Program-made: the position numbers and the translations under genes
Source: an uncultured Nitrososphaerales archaeon
GTDB lineage: Archaea; Thermoproteota; Nitrososphaeria; Nitrososphaerales; Nitrososphaeraceae
NCBI GenBank assembly: GCA_963695855.1
Contig: CAVOHZ010000010.1
Span: 608,001 to 672,000 of the forward strand
Length of the DNA: 64,000 bases
Reading direction: 5' to 3'
Notes under the pieces: generated by a model
The model's input: the letters and a program-made list of their open reading frames with translations, nothing else
Told to the model about the DNA's origin: nothing
Databases searched by the model: none
In this document: one piece after another, positions 9,430 through 18,812 of the stretch
Position numbering within the stretch: position 1 is the first letter of the stretch
Layout: every line of letters starts with the position of its first letter

Positions 9430-11550
9430 ATGATTAGGAAAATAAGACTGGGCATAGACGTTGGAGGAACTTTTACTAAAGCTGTTGCTATTGATATTTT
9501 AACGGGAGAGTTATTGGGTAAAATGACAGTTCCCACTACACATAATGCTGATAAGGGGGTAGCCGAAGGTATAGTACTAGCACTTAAAAATTTAATGGAA
9601 ACGTATAGCGTACAAAGATCTGAAATAGAATTAATTTCACATAGTACTACTCAGGCAGTTAATGCGCTTCTTGAAGGAGACACTGCAAAAGTTGGGATTA
9701 TTGGGATGGGAGTAGGACTAGAAAAGTCTAACGTTGTCAAGAGGACCAATATAAAAAATATTGAATTATCTTCAAATAAATATCTACATACATGTTTTAG
9801 ATTTTTAGATACATCAAAATATTTGCAAAAACAGGAAGTTCAAGAAACAATATCATCGCTAAAAGACGAAGGTGCGGAGGTTTTGGTAGTCAGTGAAGCG
9901 TATGGTGTGGATGATCCAAGCAACGAACAATACGTGATGTCATATTCGGATCTTCCTATAACTGGAGGTCATGAGCTTACTGGAATTTATGGTCTTGAGA
10001 TTAGAACTTTGACTGCTGCAATAAATGCAGGTATAATGCCAAAGTCAATAAGTACGGCTAGATATGTTGAGTCTGCTGTAAGGAACGAGAATATAATTTG
10101 TCCTATAATGATAATGAAGGGGGACGGCGGAGTGACAGACATCGAAACTTTTAAAAACAAACCTATTTTGACAATACTATCAGGACCTGCGGCAAGTGTG
10201 GCGGGAGCGTTATTACATTCTCATATTTTGCAGGGATTATTCATTGAAGTTGGAGGAACCTCAACTAATATCTCTATTATAAAAAATGGCAAACCTGAAA
10301 TTCGGTATGTTACCATAATGGATCATCCGACTTGTATTCGTTCAGTGGATGTCAGAGTTGCAGGAGTGGCAGGAGGTTCATTAATAAGAATTTCAGGCAA
10401 AAAAATTATTGATGTAGGTCCTAGGTCAGCTCATATTGCTGGCTTGAAGTATTCCTGTTTTGTCGATCCCACAGAACTTGATAACTCAAGGTTAATAACT
10501 TTTAGACCTAGTGAAAATGATCCGGATAACTATATTTGTATAGAAACAGAGTCAAAAAAATTGATAGCAATAACCAATACCTGTGCAGCAAATGCTCTAG
10601 GATTGATAAAGGAAGGAGATTATGCATCAGGAAATAAAGAGGCAGCTAAAATAGCACTAAACCTCTTGGCAGAAAGAATAGGAGTTAGTAACTATAAGGA
10701 AGCTGCAGAAATAGTATTAGGTTTTTCTATTAAAAAAATTCTACGAATAATTGAACCGATGATTAGAGAATATCAGATAGAAACAGATCAGATGTTCCTA
10801 ATCGGGGGAGGCGGAGGAGCCTCTGCGTTGGTACCGTATATGGCAAATAAGCTAGAATATCAGTTCGAATTAGCTCAAAATGCAGAGGTAATATCATCTA
10901 TAGGAGTGGCTGCAGCAATAATATATGAGGAAATAGAAAAAACCATAAGCCAACCAAAACCTGAAGACGTTTCATTATTAATTGACGAAATTAAAAAAAG
11001 AACCCTCGAAAGAGGAGCGGCACCAGAATCAATTTCAATCCAAACTGAATATATCAATGAGCGTTCATTATTAAGAGGAATAGCATCAGGAAACGTTGAG
11101 TTAGATATCGGAAAAAATAACAAAAGAGAACTGAATTTTGCAGAAGTAGAGAATATTGCAATAAAAGTTCTAGGAAGTAACAAAGTGAAACAAATCCTCA
11201 ATATGAAAAATTATTATGGATTTACCTGCGAAATAATAAAAAAGAATTTTTTTGTCAAAGTAAGGAGAACCCCGATTGTAATATTAGATAAACTAGGCAG
11301 AATAAGATTAATGCTAGAAAATGCAGAAATAATTAATGGAACGAGAGATTTAAAAACCAATATAGAATCATTAGTATATGAATATAGTAACAAAAATAAA
11401 GATGACCTGGCCCCACAAATCCATATTTTGGATGATGTAAAGATCATTGATTTTTCAAGTTTAAGCTCTCCAGAACATCTAATCGAAGCCATAAAAAAAG
11501 AATTCGATAAATTAACTGTCGAAGCCGTAACTATCATTATAAAAAAATAG
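9430..11550 (+). CDS. hydantoinase/oxoprolinase family ATP-binding (A-type) protein
   Basis: GIDVGGTFT, HSTTQAVNALLEG, SGPAAS, EVGGTST, GPRSA. Confidence 0.9.
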   Translation: MIRKIRLGIDVGGTFTKAVAIDILTGELLGKMTVPTTHNADKGVAEGIVLALKNLMETYSVQRSEIELISHSTTQAVNALLEGDTAKVGIIGMGVGLEKSNVVKRTNIKNIELSSNKYLHTCFRFLDTSKYLQKQEVQETISSLKDEGAEVLVVSEAYGVDDPSNEQYVMSYSDLPITGGHELTGIYGLEIRTLTAAINAGIMPKSISTARYVESAVRNENIICPIMIMKGDGGVTDIETFKNKPILTILSGPAASVAGALLHSHILQGLFIEVGGTSTNISIIKNGKPEIRYVTIMDHPTCIRSVDVRVAGVAGGSLIRISGKKIIDVGPRSAHIAGLKYSCFVDPTELDNSRLITFRPSENDPDNYICIETESKKLIAITNTCAANALGLIKEGDYASGNKEAAKIALNLLAERIGVSNYKEAAEIVLGFSIKKILRIIEPMIREYQIETDQMFLIGGGGGASALVPYMANKLEYQFELAQNAEVISSIGVAAAIIYEEIEKTISQPKPEDVSLLIDEIKKRTLERGAAPESISIQTEYINERSLLRGIASGNVELDIGKNNKRELNFAEVENIAIKVLGSNKVKQILNMKNYYGFTCEIIKKNFFVKVRRTPIVILDKLGRIRLMLENAEIINGTRDLKTNIESLVYEYSNKNKDDLAPQIHILDDVKIIDFSSLSSPEHLIEAIKKEFDKLTVEAVTIIIKK

Positions 11551-11874
11551 AAGGGTAGAACAGAACATCATCATATGAGAGAATTCTTAAATCTACAAAA
11601 AATCTTTCCTAAAATATTCCAATTTTCAATTTCTATTACTAGGTATTTCATTAATTGATAATTGTTTTACAAAAATGGACAATTACTAGTACATTTAACC
11701 TTAATCAAATATAGTCTTATTTATTTATAATTTCAAAAATTATTTTTAACAAATTCCTGCTCTTTTGTTCAATAAAAAAACTGTAGATGGAAAAAAATAA
11801 TTAAAATAATCATTAACCAGAATATAGCGGACCTCATAAGGTTTTTATGATTCGATTAGTTTTATTGCTATTAT

Positions 11875-12768
11875 TTGTTAAAAGATAGTGTGGTTATCGC
11901 AGGACCAGCATCAGAGCAGTTAGCAGCTAATATTGCAAAAAGATTAAACATAAAAGTCATAAAACCTGAGCTCAGGATATTTGCAGACGGGGAAAGTAAA
12001 ATAAAGATGGAATCTGTGGAGAATAAACTATGCATAATTATTCAATCTCTTTATCCTCCTATCGACAGACACATACTGCAATTATTAATGATGATCCAAA
12101 AGTGTAGGAAAGACAAAGCATTAAAAACTATTGTAGTGGTTCCATACATGGCTTATGCAAGACAGGATAAAGCCTTTCTCGAGGGTGAAGTGATAAGTAT
12201 ATCAATCTTGGCAGAAATTATAGAATATTTTGGAGTTAATAGAGTAATAACGGTCGATATCCATAGTGAATCATCGTTATCTTATTTTGGAAATATTATC
12301 AAAAACATTTCGGCAATTCCAATATTAGCGGAATACGCTTTGCATAACATATTTCCTAATAATGTTATAATTATTTCTCCGGATTTTGGTGGATTAAAAA
12401 GAGCACAAAAATTTGGGGAAATAATACAAAGAGAAGTAACTTTTCTAAAGAAAACACGTGACAGACTAACAGGAATGGTTTCTATTGAGGATGTATTGGA
12501 TTTTAAAGTAAAAGATAAAGACGTAATTTTGGTTGATGATATGATTAGCACAGGTAATAGCATAATAAAGGCTTGTGAAGTACTAAGAAAAAATGGAGCT
12601 CAAAGAATTTTTGTAATTTGTTCTCATGCATTACTGCTTGATAAAGCGTTAGACAAAATAATACGAGCTGGCGCAACGGAGATAATCTCTACAAATTCCA
12701 TTCCCAACAGTTGTTCCAAGGTCAATCTGTCGAAAATTATATCTGAAGTAATTAGTGAGATTAGCTGA
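11875..12768 (+). CDS. prs: ribose-phosphate pyrophosphokinase
   Basis: FADGE, PYMAYARQDK, VDIHS, SPDFGG, VDDMISTG. Confidence 0.95.
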   Translation: MLKDSVVIAGPASEQLAANIAKRLNIKVIKPELRIFADGESKIKMESVENKLCIIIQSLYPPIDRHILQLLMMIQKCRKDKALKTIVVVPYMAYARQDKAFLEGEVISISILAEIIEYFGVNRVITVDIHSESSLSYFGNIIKNISAIPILAEYALHNIFPNNVIIISPDFGGLKRAQKFGEIIQREVTFLKKTRDRLTGMVSIEDVLDFKVKDKDVILVDDMISTGNSIIKACEVLRKNGAQRIFVICSHALLLDKALDKIIRAGATEIISTNSIPNSCSKVNLSKIISEVISEIS

Positions 12769-13185
12769 TTGGATTATTGTCAAGTATTAGCAGTTATAAT
12801 TGGAAATGACAAGATATATTATCATTATATATCTAATATATTTTGTTTTATCTTGTAATGCTTGGACCGGTAGCAGCAGAAGTAAAGCAAGAACAAATAG
12901 AGCAATTAACCGAACAAGATGAAATTCTTTATAGAAATTTTATCAATACTTTTAAAACAAAAATACAAAAGATGATTGCACAAAGGCATTAAGATATTTT
13001 CTTGAATTTCTTGGAGTTAAAAACGGTAAACGCTATTCGGTTCTTGTGGACCCGAAAAAAGACAAGAAGATGATAGAATCAGATATCAAAGATTTTTTGG
13101 TATTTCTCAGGGAAAAGAAAGGAATATCCTATAACTCTGCTACTCGATATTTTAAAGCAATAAAGAAATTTTACTATGTTAATTC

Positions 13186-13908
13186 GGTCCTGTTAAGTTA
13201 ACACTATTTCACCTCCAATTTTGAATACAAGTTCATTTCTATTTTTTGCGTTGTATAGATAAACGAATAGTTTGATCCAATTGTATACATGTGATAGATC
13301 ACAATTATTCCTACTCTTTTGGTTTATACAAGGATAATAATCATCAAAACATTCTGACCTGTCTTTAAAGTATTGCATCACTCTTTCAATCAGACTTCTC
13401 TCTAAAGGAGAATGCAGTCTATGTTTTAGATGCAAAAAAGTACAGGCTTGTGGGTACCATGTACCTCCATCAGTGTAAACTGTATGTCTACCATATTTGG
13501 ATACAAGAGATTGGATAAAATTCTCTGCTACAAACATGTTTCTCTCTTCTGAGATGTAGATCCCAAGCACAGATCTGTGAACAGGTTCAATACAGATCCA
13601 CAACCAGAAATGTTGATTACCAATCTGAATTATAGTTTCATCTATGATGAATGCTGATACTCTTTTTCTCTTGTAAATCTGTAATGAACCAAATCGTTGA
13701 ATCCATTCCCAGACTGCAACATGACTTCTTTTCTCATCTCTAAAGATTACTAATGCTTTAGATGTATTCCGTAGACTCAAACCAAGAAAGTACAAATACA
13801 AAGAATACATTACTATACATGTAGATGTTCTATTTCTGACAAATCTCAATAACATATGTCAGAATAGAACACTCGCAGCTAAAGCTCTATCGTTAACTTA
13901 ACAGCACC
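13186..13908 (-). mobile_element. IS6-family insertion sequence (723 bp) with 8-bp target-site duplication
   Basis: TIRs GGTCCTGTTAAGTTAAC / GTTAACTTAACAGCACC (1 mismatch in 17); GTTAATTC at 13178-13185 and 13909-13916. Confidence 0.93.
13193..13855 (-). CDS. IS6-family DDE transposase
   Basis: [39 protein letters not shown]; open ORF. Confidence 0.92.
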   Translation of the reverse strand: MLLRFVRNRTSTCIVMYSLYLYFLGLSLRNTSKALVIFRDEKRSHVAVWEWIQRFGSLQIYKRKRVSAFIIDETIIQIGNQHFWLWICIEPVHRSVLGIYISEERNMFVAENFIQSLVSKYGRHTVYTDGGTWYPQACTFLHLKHRLHSPLERSLIERVMQYFKDRSECFDDYYPCINQKSRNNCDLSHVYNWIKLFVYLYNAKNRNELVFKIGGEIVLT

Positions 13909-14300
13909 GTTAATTCTGAACTTGAATTTAAATGGCAATTTATCAAGATGTATCTTGGCAATGATGATGATGACTAATGACTAACCACCTTTTTTATAGA
14001 TAGTGGAGAAAATGGAACCAACAAACAAACAGCAGTAGCAACAAGTCAAGAATAATAATAATAAATAAAAAATCTCATAAATGATTAAAGGATTAAATTA
14101 TATGATAATAATAATACAATAATAATATTATGAAGATAAAATCTATTATACTTCTAACTGTATTGATTGGAATTATTTATGGCATCTTTCTCTATTTCCT
14201 TGTCTAAAATCAACAATTTTTTATTTTACTTTATTTTAGAGCCTATCCCAAAAATAGATAGGAATATAGCTTGTTGGTTTCTTATCATATATGATAATGT

Positions 14301-14666
14301 TTGAGTAAGAATAAAAAGTATATTAGAACAATTACATGTATTCCAGATGATCTTTGGAATGAAATTACAAATATTTTACCGGATGAGAAACCAGACAATA
14401 CAATAGGTCGTCCAATTGTTCCATATAGAAAAGTATTTGATGGCATCATGTTTATCCTGAGGACTGGATGTCAGTGGAAAATGTTACCCAAAGAATATGG
14501 TTCAGGTTCAACATGTCATAGAAGATTTCAGGAATGGAGAGAATCAGGAATATTCGATATACTATGGAGTAGATTGCTAAAAATATACGATAACAAGAGA
14601 GGAATCAAATGTACATTGCAATCACTTGATAGCATATCCGTAAAATCACCTTTAGGGGGGCGATGA
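14301..14666 (+). CDS. IS5-family transposase, N-terminal ORF
   Basis: LRTGCQWKMLPKEYGSGSTCHRRFQEW; ends at a G6 run overlapping ORF B. Confidence 0.85.
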   Translation: MSKNKKYIRTITCIPDDLWNEITNILPDEKPDNTIGRPIVPYRKVFDGIMFILRTGCQWKMLPKEYGSGSTCHRRFQEWRESGIFDILWSRLLKIYDNKRGIKCTLQSLDSISVKSPLGGR

Positions 14667-15151
14667 CTGGACATAATCCTACTGACAGAAGTAAATTAGG
14701 CACCAAAAGACATATTTTAACGGATAAGCATGGTATTCCACTATCTGCTCTTATAACATCTGCAAATACTCACGATGTTACTACTGTTGCAATTGATACA
14801 GTTGACACCATGGTTATCAAAAAACAGTTTTCAAAATCAACAACAAAATACAGTAACAAGAACAAGAAGAAGAAACAAAATCTATGCCTTGATAAAGCAT
14901 ATCATTCCAAAGAAGTAGAACAAGAAATTGTCAAGAGAGGATATATTCCACATATACGACACAGAAGAGAAGAAAAGATATTTTGTAGAAAACATCCATT
15001 AAGATGATGGGTTGTAGAGAGAACAAATTCATGGCACAATAGATTCAGGAAATTATTTACAAGATATGAAAAGAAGGAAGAGGAGAACTATCTGGGTCTT
15101 GTAAAATTAGCAAGTAGCATAATTGTTTACAGGAGGATAATTTTTAGATAG
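14663..15151 (+). pseudogene. IS5-family transposase C-terminal ORF with in-frame nonsense codon
   Basis: GTKRHILTD, LCLDKAY, then HPLR*WVVERTNSWHNRFRKL: TGA at 15005-15007 precedes the catalytic E motif. Confidence 0.85.
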
Positions 15152-15231
15152 GCTCTAAATTTAGATAAATTATGACTATACATTAGTCATCAATACATAC
15201 GTTTTTATACCTTAGTAACGTATATATTTAC

Positions 15232-15564
15232 ATGTCAGCAAGAAAAGAAGAAATAAAAGGAAAGAAAAATATAGCTGTACAATTAAACATACTTAAAGTT
15301 CTGTTAAATGAACGTCCTCTTATCCCATTATTGAGAATACTAAAAAAGAACAAAGAGTTGCACACAAGAGAATTACTTATGACAATGGGAAGTTGGGGAT
15401 ATGGACAATCCTTACTGAAAAGAGCAACATATTTAGAATTGATTGAAAGACAAGTAAAAAAAGAAAAATCTCCTAGGCGAGGGAAACCAAGGATTTATAA
15501 TTCTTTAACAAATAAGGGTAGAGAAGTAATAGGATTAGCTGATAAAGTCGTATACACAAAGTAA
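15232..15564 (+). CDS. winged-helix DNA-binding protein
   Basis: Basic 110 aa ending in the wing motif PRIYNSLTNKGREV. Confidence 0.7.
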   Translation: MSARKEEIKGKKNIAVQLNILKVLLNERPLIPLLRILKKNKELHTRELLMTMGSWGYGQSLLKRATYLELIERQVKKEKSPRRGKPRIYNSLTNKGREVIGLADKVVYTK

Positions 15565-15897
15565 TTGTTTGGAAAAAACCTCTTATCTATTATAAGATTA
15601 CTAGTATTTGAACAAACTTTAGCCATAAGTAGATAAGAATTTTTGTTGTCTGATAGTAACTAATAGTATCGAAGTTACTTCAAATATTAATCACTTTATA
15701 ATCGTTTAAATGGATTAAGGTTTTTATCCTCTCTATAATGTATAACTATTGTAAGTCATGTGAATATTAGGTAAGATGAATAGCTACGCTAAAATTTTCC
15801 CCAAATGGTCGCTATTCTGAAAGAATTAAAGAACTAGAACTAGCTATACATACCTTAAGTATTAATCAAAGTTTTTTTATAAGCTCAAGGTATTATT

Positions 15898-16332
15898 TTA
15901 TGATTGTTCCACCGTTTTTTTTAATACTTCATTCATTTTTTTAAAACTGGCTAAAATATCGTCTGCCGTTTTTTGTGAAACTAACTTAAGACCTATTCCT
16001 GAAAATATTTCTTTATTGACAAAATTGACTTTATTATCAGATAGTTTTTCAATTGAAAAAATTCTTTCACCCTCAAATATCTTTGAAGAAAAGAATTTTC
16101 CCTTCCATCGTAATTCATGATTAGGAGTAATTTTTGTAATTTTTGGATGATAAATTCTATTCTTTCCCCCTATTGTATTTACGTGAATTTCTAATTTATT
16201 ACCTATGGAAAGTTCTCCTATTATTTTTATAATTATTGGATTCCATTGGGAATAATTTTTAAAATCAGTAAGTATTTTCCATACAATTTCTGGTCGAGAA
16301 TTTATTTGGATTTCAGTAGCAAGTTCTGCCAA
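15898..16332 (-). CDS. SRPBCC / polyketide-cyclase-like domain protein
   Basis: VWKILTDFKNYSQWNP, ELRWKG, FKKMNEVLK. Confidence 0.85.
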   Translation of the reverse strand: MAELATEIQINSRPEIVWKILTDFKNYSQWNPIIIKIIGELSIGNKLEIHVNTIGGKNRIYHPKITKITPNHELRWKGKFFSSKIFEGERIFSIEKLSDNKVNFVNKEIFSGIGLKLVSQKTADDILASFKKMNEVLKKTVEQS

Positions 16333-16799
16333 TATGTAAATTAATAACTTGATACGTTTTTAACATTTACTCTAATCTTGACGCATATGTAACAAACGCA
16401 TTATTACAATCTATGAAGATACAATAACATTAATGCATTTATTATTGAACGTGCGACTGAGCTTCCTCCTTTTCTACCAATATTAGCAATATTAGGGATA
16501 GTAGTTTTAGAGTTCTTTTTTAGATTCGACTGCAGAAACTATTGTTTTTATTAGCTTTTTTGAAGATAATATAATAAAGAAATCAAAATAGATTGTTTCA
16601 AGATATGTAACGCCAAAAAATTGAAAAGTGCATTCACCGAAACGACAGACAAAATATAAATATAATGGTAAATTAAAAGTCGGAAATTCCGATATACGAA
16701 TATGAAAAACGAATTCAGCTAGATTCAAATCGAACAAAATCGAGGATATAAACAAAGGCAAAAGAGAATAAATTGTGTGCAATAATACACAACGATACC

Positions 16800-17132
16800 A
16801 TGAAATGGTTGTCATTAAAACAGCCCTTTGCAGACCTTTTAACTCATGGTGAAAAGACAATGAAGTTAAGGAAATGGAATACTTCATTTAGAGGAGAATT
16901 TTTAATCCAAGCATCAAAAAACATCGATATAGAATCCTGTGAAAGACTCGATATGGATACTAACAAGCTTACAGTAAGAGCGATAATAGGTTCTGCCTTT
17001 CTATATGATGCCAAAGAATATAATAATCGAGAAGAATTTGAAAGGGATAGACACAAACACCTTTCTGTAGTTACCAAGTATTTTGAAGGTTATACATACG
17101 GTTTTTTGGTTAGAAATGCAAAGACTATCTAA
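16800..17132 (+). CDS. ASCH domain protein, C-terminally truncated
   Basis: LSLKQPFADL, GEKTMKLRKWNTSFRGEFLIQAS, AIIGSA; stops after RNAK. Confidence 0.75.
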   Translation: MKWLSLKQPFADLLTHGEKTMKLRKWNTSFRGEFLIQASKNIDIESCERLDMDTNKLTVRAIIGSAFLYDAKEYNNREEFERDRHKHLSVVTKYFEGYTYGFLVRNAKTI

Positions 17133-17299
17133 AACATGCTGGATTATTGATAGGAACAAGAAGAGGATTATTTAAAATAACAGAAAAAGGTAAAAATGTA
17201 TTAAAACAAAATATTAACAAAATTGATAATAAATTTTTGGAACAGTTTTCTGAATTCAAAGAATTTACAATGGTGAAAGATACAGCAATAAAGAAATAA
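17126..17299 (+). pseudogene. Mrr N-terminal winged-helix domain fragment
   Basis: No start codon; reads YLKHAGLLIGTRRGLFKITEKGKNVLKQNINKIDNKFLEQFSEFKEF, typical of the second half of Mrr_N. Confidence 0.7.
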
Positions 17300-17327
17300 A
17301 TTCATTTATTTATTACTCTAGCGATAT

Positions 17328-17351
17328 GAATAGAATAGAATAGAATAGAAT
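17328..17351. repeat. (GAATA)4 microsatellite
   Basis: gaatagaatagaatagaatagaat read directly. Confidence 0.8.
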
Positions 17352-17436
17352 GATTGATAATATCTTAGTTAGTAACGTAATTATTTTACGTAAATGTGAT
17401 AGGATAAAGACGCAGTTATAATTGGAAATGATATAA

Positions 17437-18357
17437 ATGACTGACATGAAACTTGTTTTTTTAGGTACGTCTGCAGCGATCCCTACATTGCAACGTGGTC
17501 TATCATCCCTAGCAATCGTTAGAGGAAACGAGATTTTAATTTTCGATGCCGGAGAAGGAATGCAAACAAGATTTATTGAATCAAAGATTGGGATGAATAA
17601 AAAAATGAAGATTTTCATAACTCATATGCATGGTGATCATTGTGTGGGATTGTTAGGTTTGCTGCAAACTCTTTCCTTAATGGGAAGGAACAAGCCTATA
17701 GAAATTTTTGGAGAACCAACGATCGGAGAATTTATAAATCAAAATATAAGAATAATTAATTTCAAATTAACTTTTGATATTACTATTCATAAAATATCTG
17801 GAGAGGGAATAGTAATAAGTGAAAAAGATTATAAAATTACCAGTTGTTTTGCGGATCATTCGAAGTTAGCTTATTCTTTTTGTCTGGAAGAATTTGACAG
17901 GCCTGGAATTTTTCATTTAGACTCGGTAAAACGTTTGGGGATTCCAGAGGGAAAGATTTATAGTGATTTACAACACGGAAAAGATATAACTTTTAAAGGA
18001 GAGAAAATATCTTCAAAAGGTATCACAGGGCCACCGCGACCTGGAAGAAAAATAGGAATATCAGGAGATACGAGACCTACATTAAAATTAACTAATTTCT
18101 TCAAGAATTCAGATGTTTTAATATTTGAAGCGACTTTTTTACACAAGGATATTGAGAAGGCAAAAGAAAGTTTTCACTCAACTGCTTTCGAAGCTGCTTT
18201 GCTAGCGAAGAATTCTAATATTAAAAAACTAATATTAACACATTTTAGTGCAAGATACAGGGATATCGCTCCGATAGAAAGCGAAGCTAGAAAGATCTTT
18301 GAGAATGTATATATTGCAAACGATTTGGATGTTTTTATAGTTCCGTATACTAAATAG
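17437..18357 (+). CDS. rnz: ribonuclease Z
   Basis: FLGTSAAIP, DAGEG, HMHGDH, SGDTRP, HST, THFSARY. Confidence 0.96.
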   Translation: MTDMKLVFLGTSAAIPTLQRGLSSLAIVRGNEILIFDAGEGMQTRFIESKIGMNKKMKIFITHMHGDHCVGLLGLLQTLSLMGRNKPIEIFGEPTIGEFINQNIRIINFKLTFDITIHKISGEGIVISEKDYKITSCFADHSKLAYSFCLEEFDRPGIFHLDSVKRLGIPEGKIYSDLQHGKDITFKGEKISSKGITGPPRPGRKIGISGDTRPTLKLTNFFKNSDVLIFEATFLHKDIEKAKESFHSTAFEAALLAKNSNIKKLILTHFSARYRDIAPIESEARKIFENVYIANDLDVFIVPYTK

Positions 18358-18413
18358 GGAGAAAAATAATAGAATAGCAATCAGATAAAAATCGATGAAA
18401 AGAAAAAATAATT

Positions 18414-18812
18414 TTATTCAATCTGATTATTTTGTAAAACGCTGGCTTTTGTTGCGTTAAGAACGTATTCTGCTACAATACTCGTAGCATTTGTATTCTT
18501 CAACGTTTCGATTAATAGTGGGATTCTTTCCTGTGCTATTTGTTGCAATATTGAACTATCTACTACACTACTATTTACCTCATCGATAACGAAATCAATA
18601 ACTGTATCTGTAGCATTAGAATTCTTCGTAATATTTATTACCAATGGCAAATTAGCTAGAACATTTTCAAAAGAGTTAGAAGTATTTTTAGTAGATTTCG
18701 TTGTAGTATTATTTGGAATTTCTGCAAATATATCATTTAATAGAGTCAAATTTGCGAGAAGAGACCATATTGCAACCATGACAATTAATTTATGTATTAT
18801 TCTCATGTTCAT
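18414..18812 (-). CDS. exported hypothetical protein
   Basis: Signal peptide ending IFA; N/T-rich with an internal repeat (LPLVINITKNSNAT / IPLLIETLKNTNAT). Confidence 0.6.
   Translation of the reverse strand: MNMRIIHKLIVMVAIWSLLANLTLLNDIFAEIPNNTTTKSTKNTSNSFENVLANLPLVINITKNSNATDTVIDFVIDEVNSSVVDSSILQQIAQERIPLLIETLKNTNATSIVAEYVLNATKASVLQNNQIE

Larger units (their letters stand above)
12858..13977 (+). pseudogene. tyrosine recombinase/integrase N-terminal domain remnant, frameshifted and interrupted by IS6
   Basis: Joined reading: MLGPVAAE..YRNFINTFKT/KDDCTKALRYFLEFLGV..IESDIKDFLVFLREKKGISYNSATRYFKAIKKFYYVNS[IS6]ELEFKWQFIKMYLGNDDDD*, resembling integrase core-binding domains; no catalytic domain found. 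Confidence 0.65.
14239..15155 (+). mobile_element. IS5-family insertion sequence (917 bp), TA target duplication
   Basis: TIRs GAGCCTATCCCAAAAAT / ATTTTTAGATAGGCTC flanked by TA on both sides; split transposase inside. Confidence 0.9.

Noticed and set aside
12858-17299. Integron-like cassette array behind the integrase
   Set aside because: No repeated attC-like sites between the small genes, mixed orientations, and no catalytic integrase domain.
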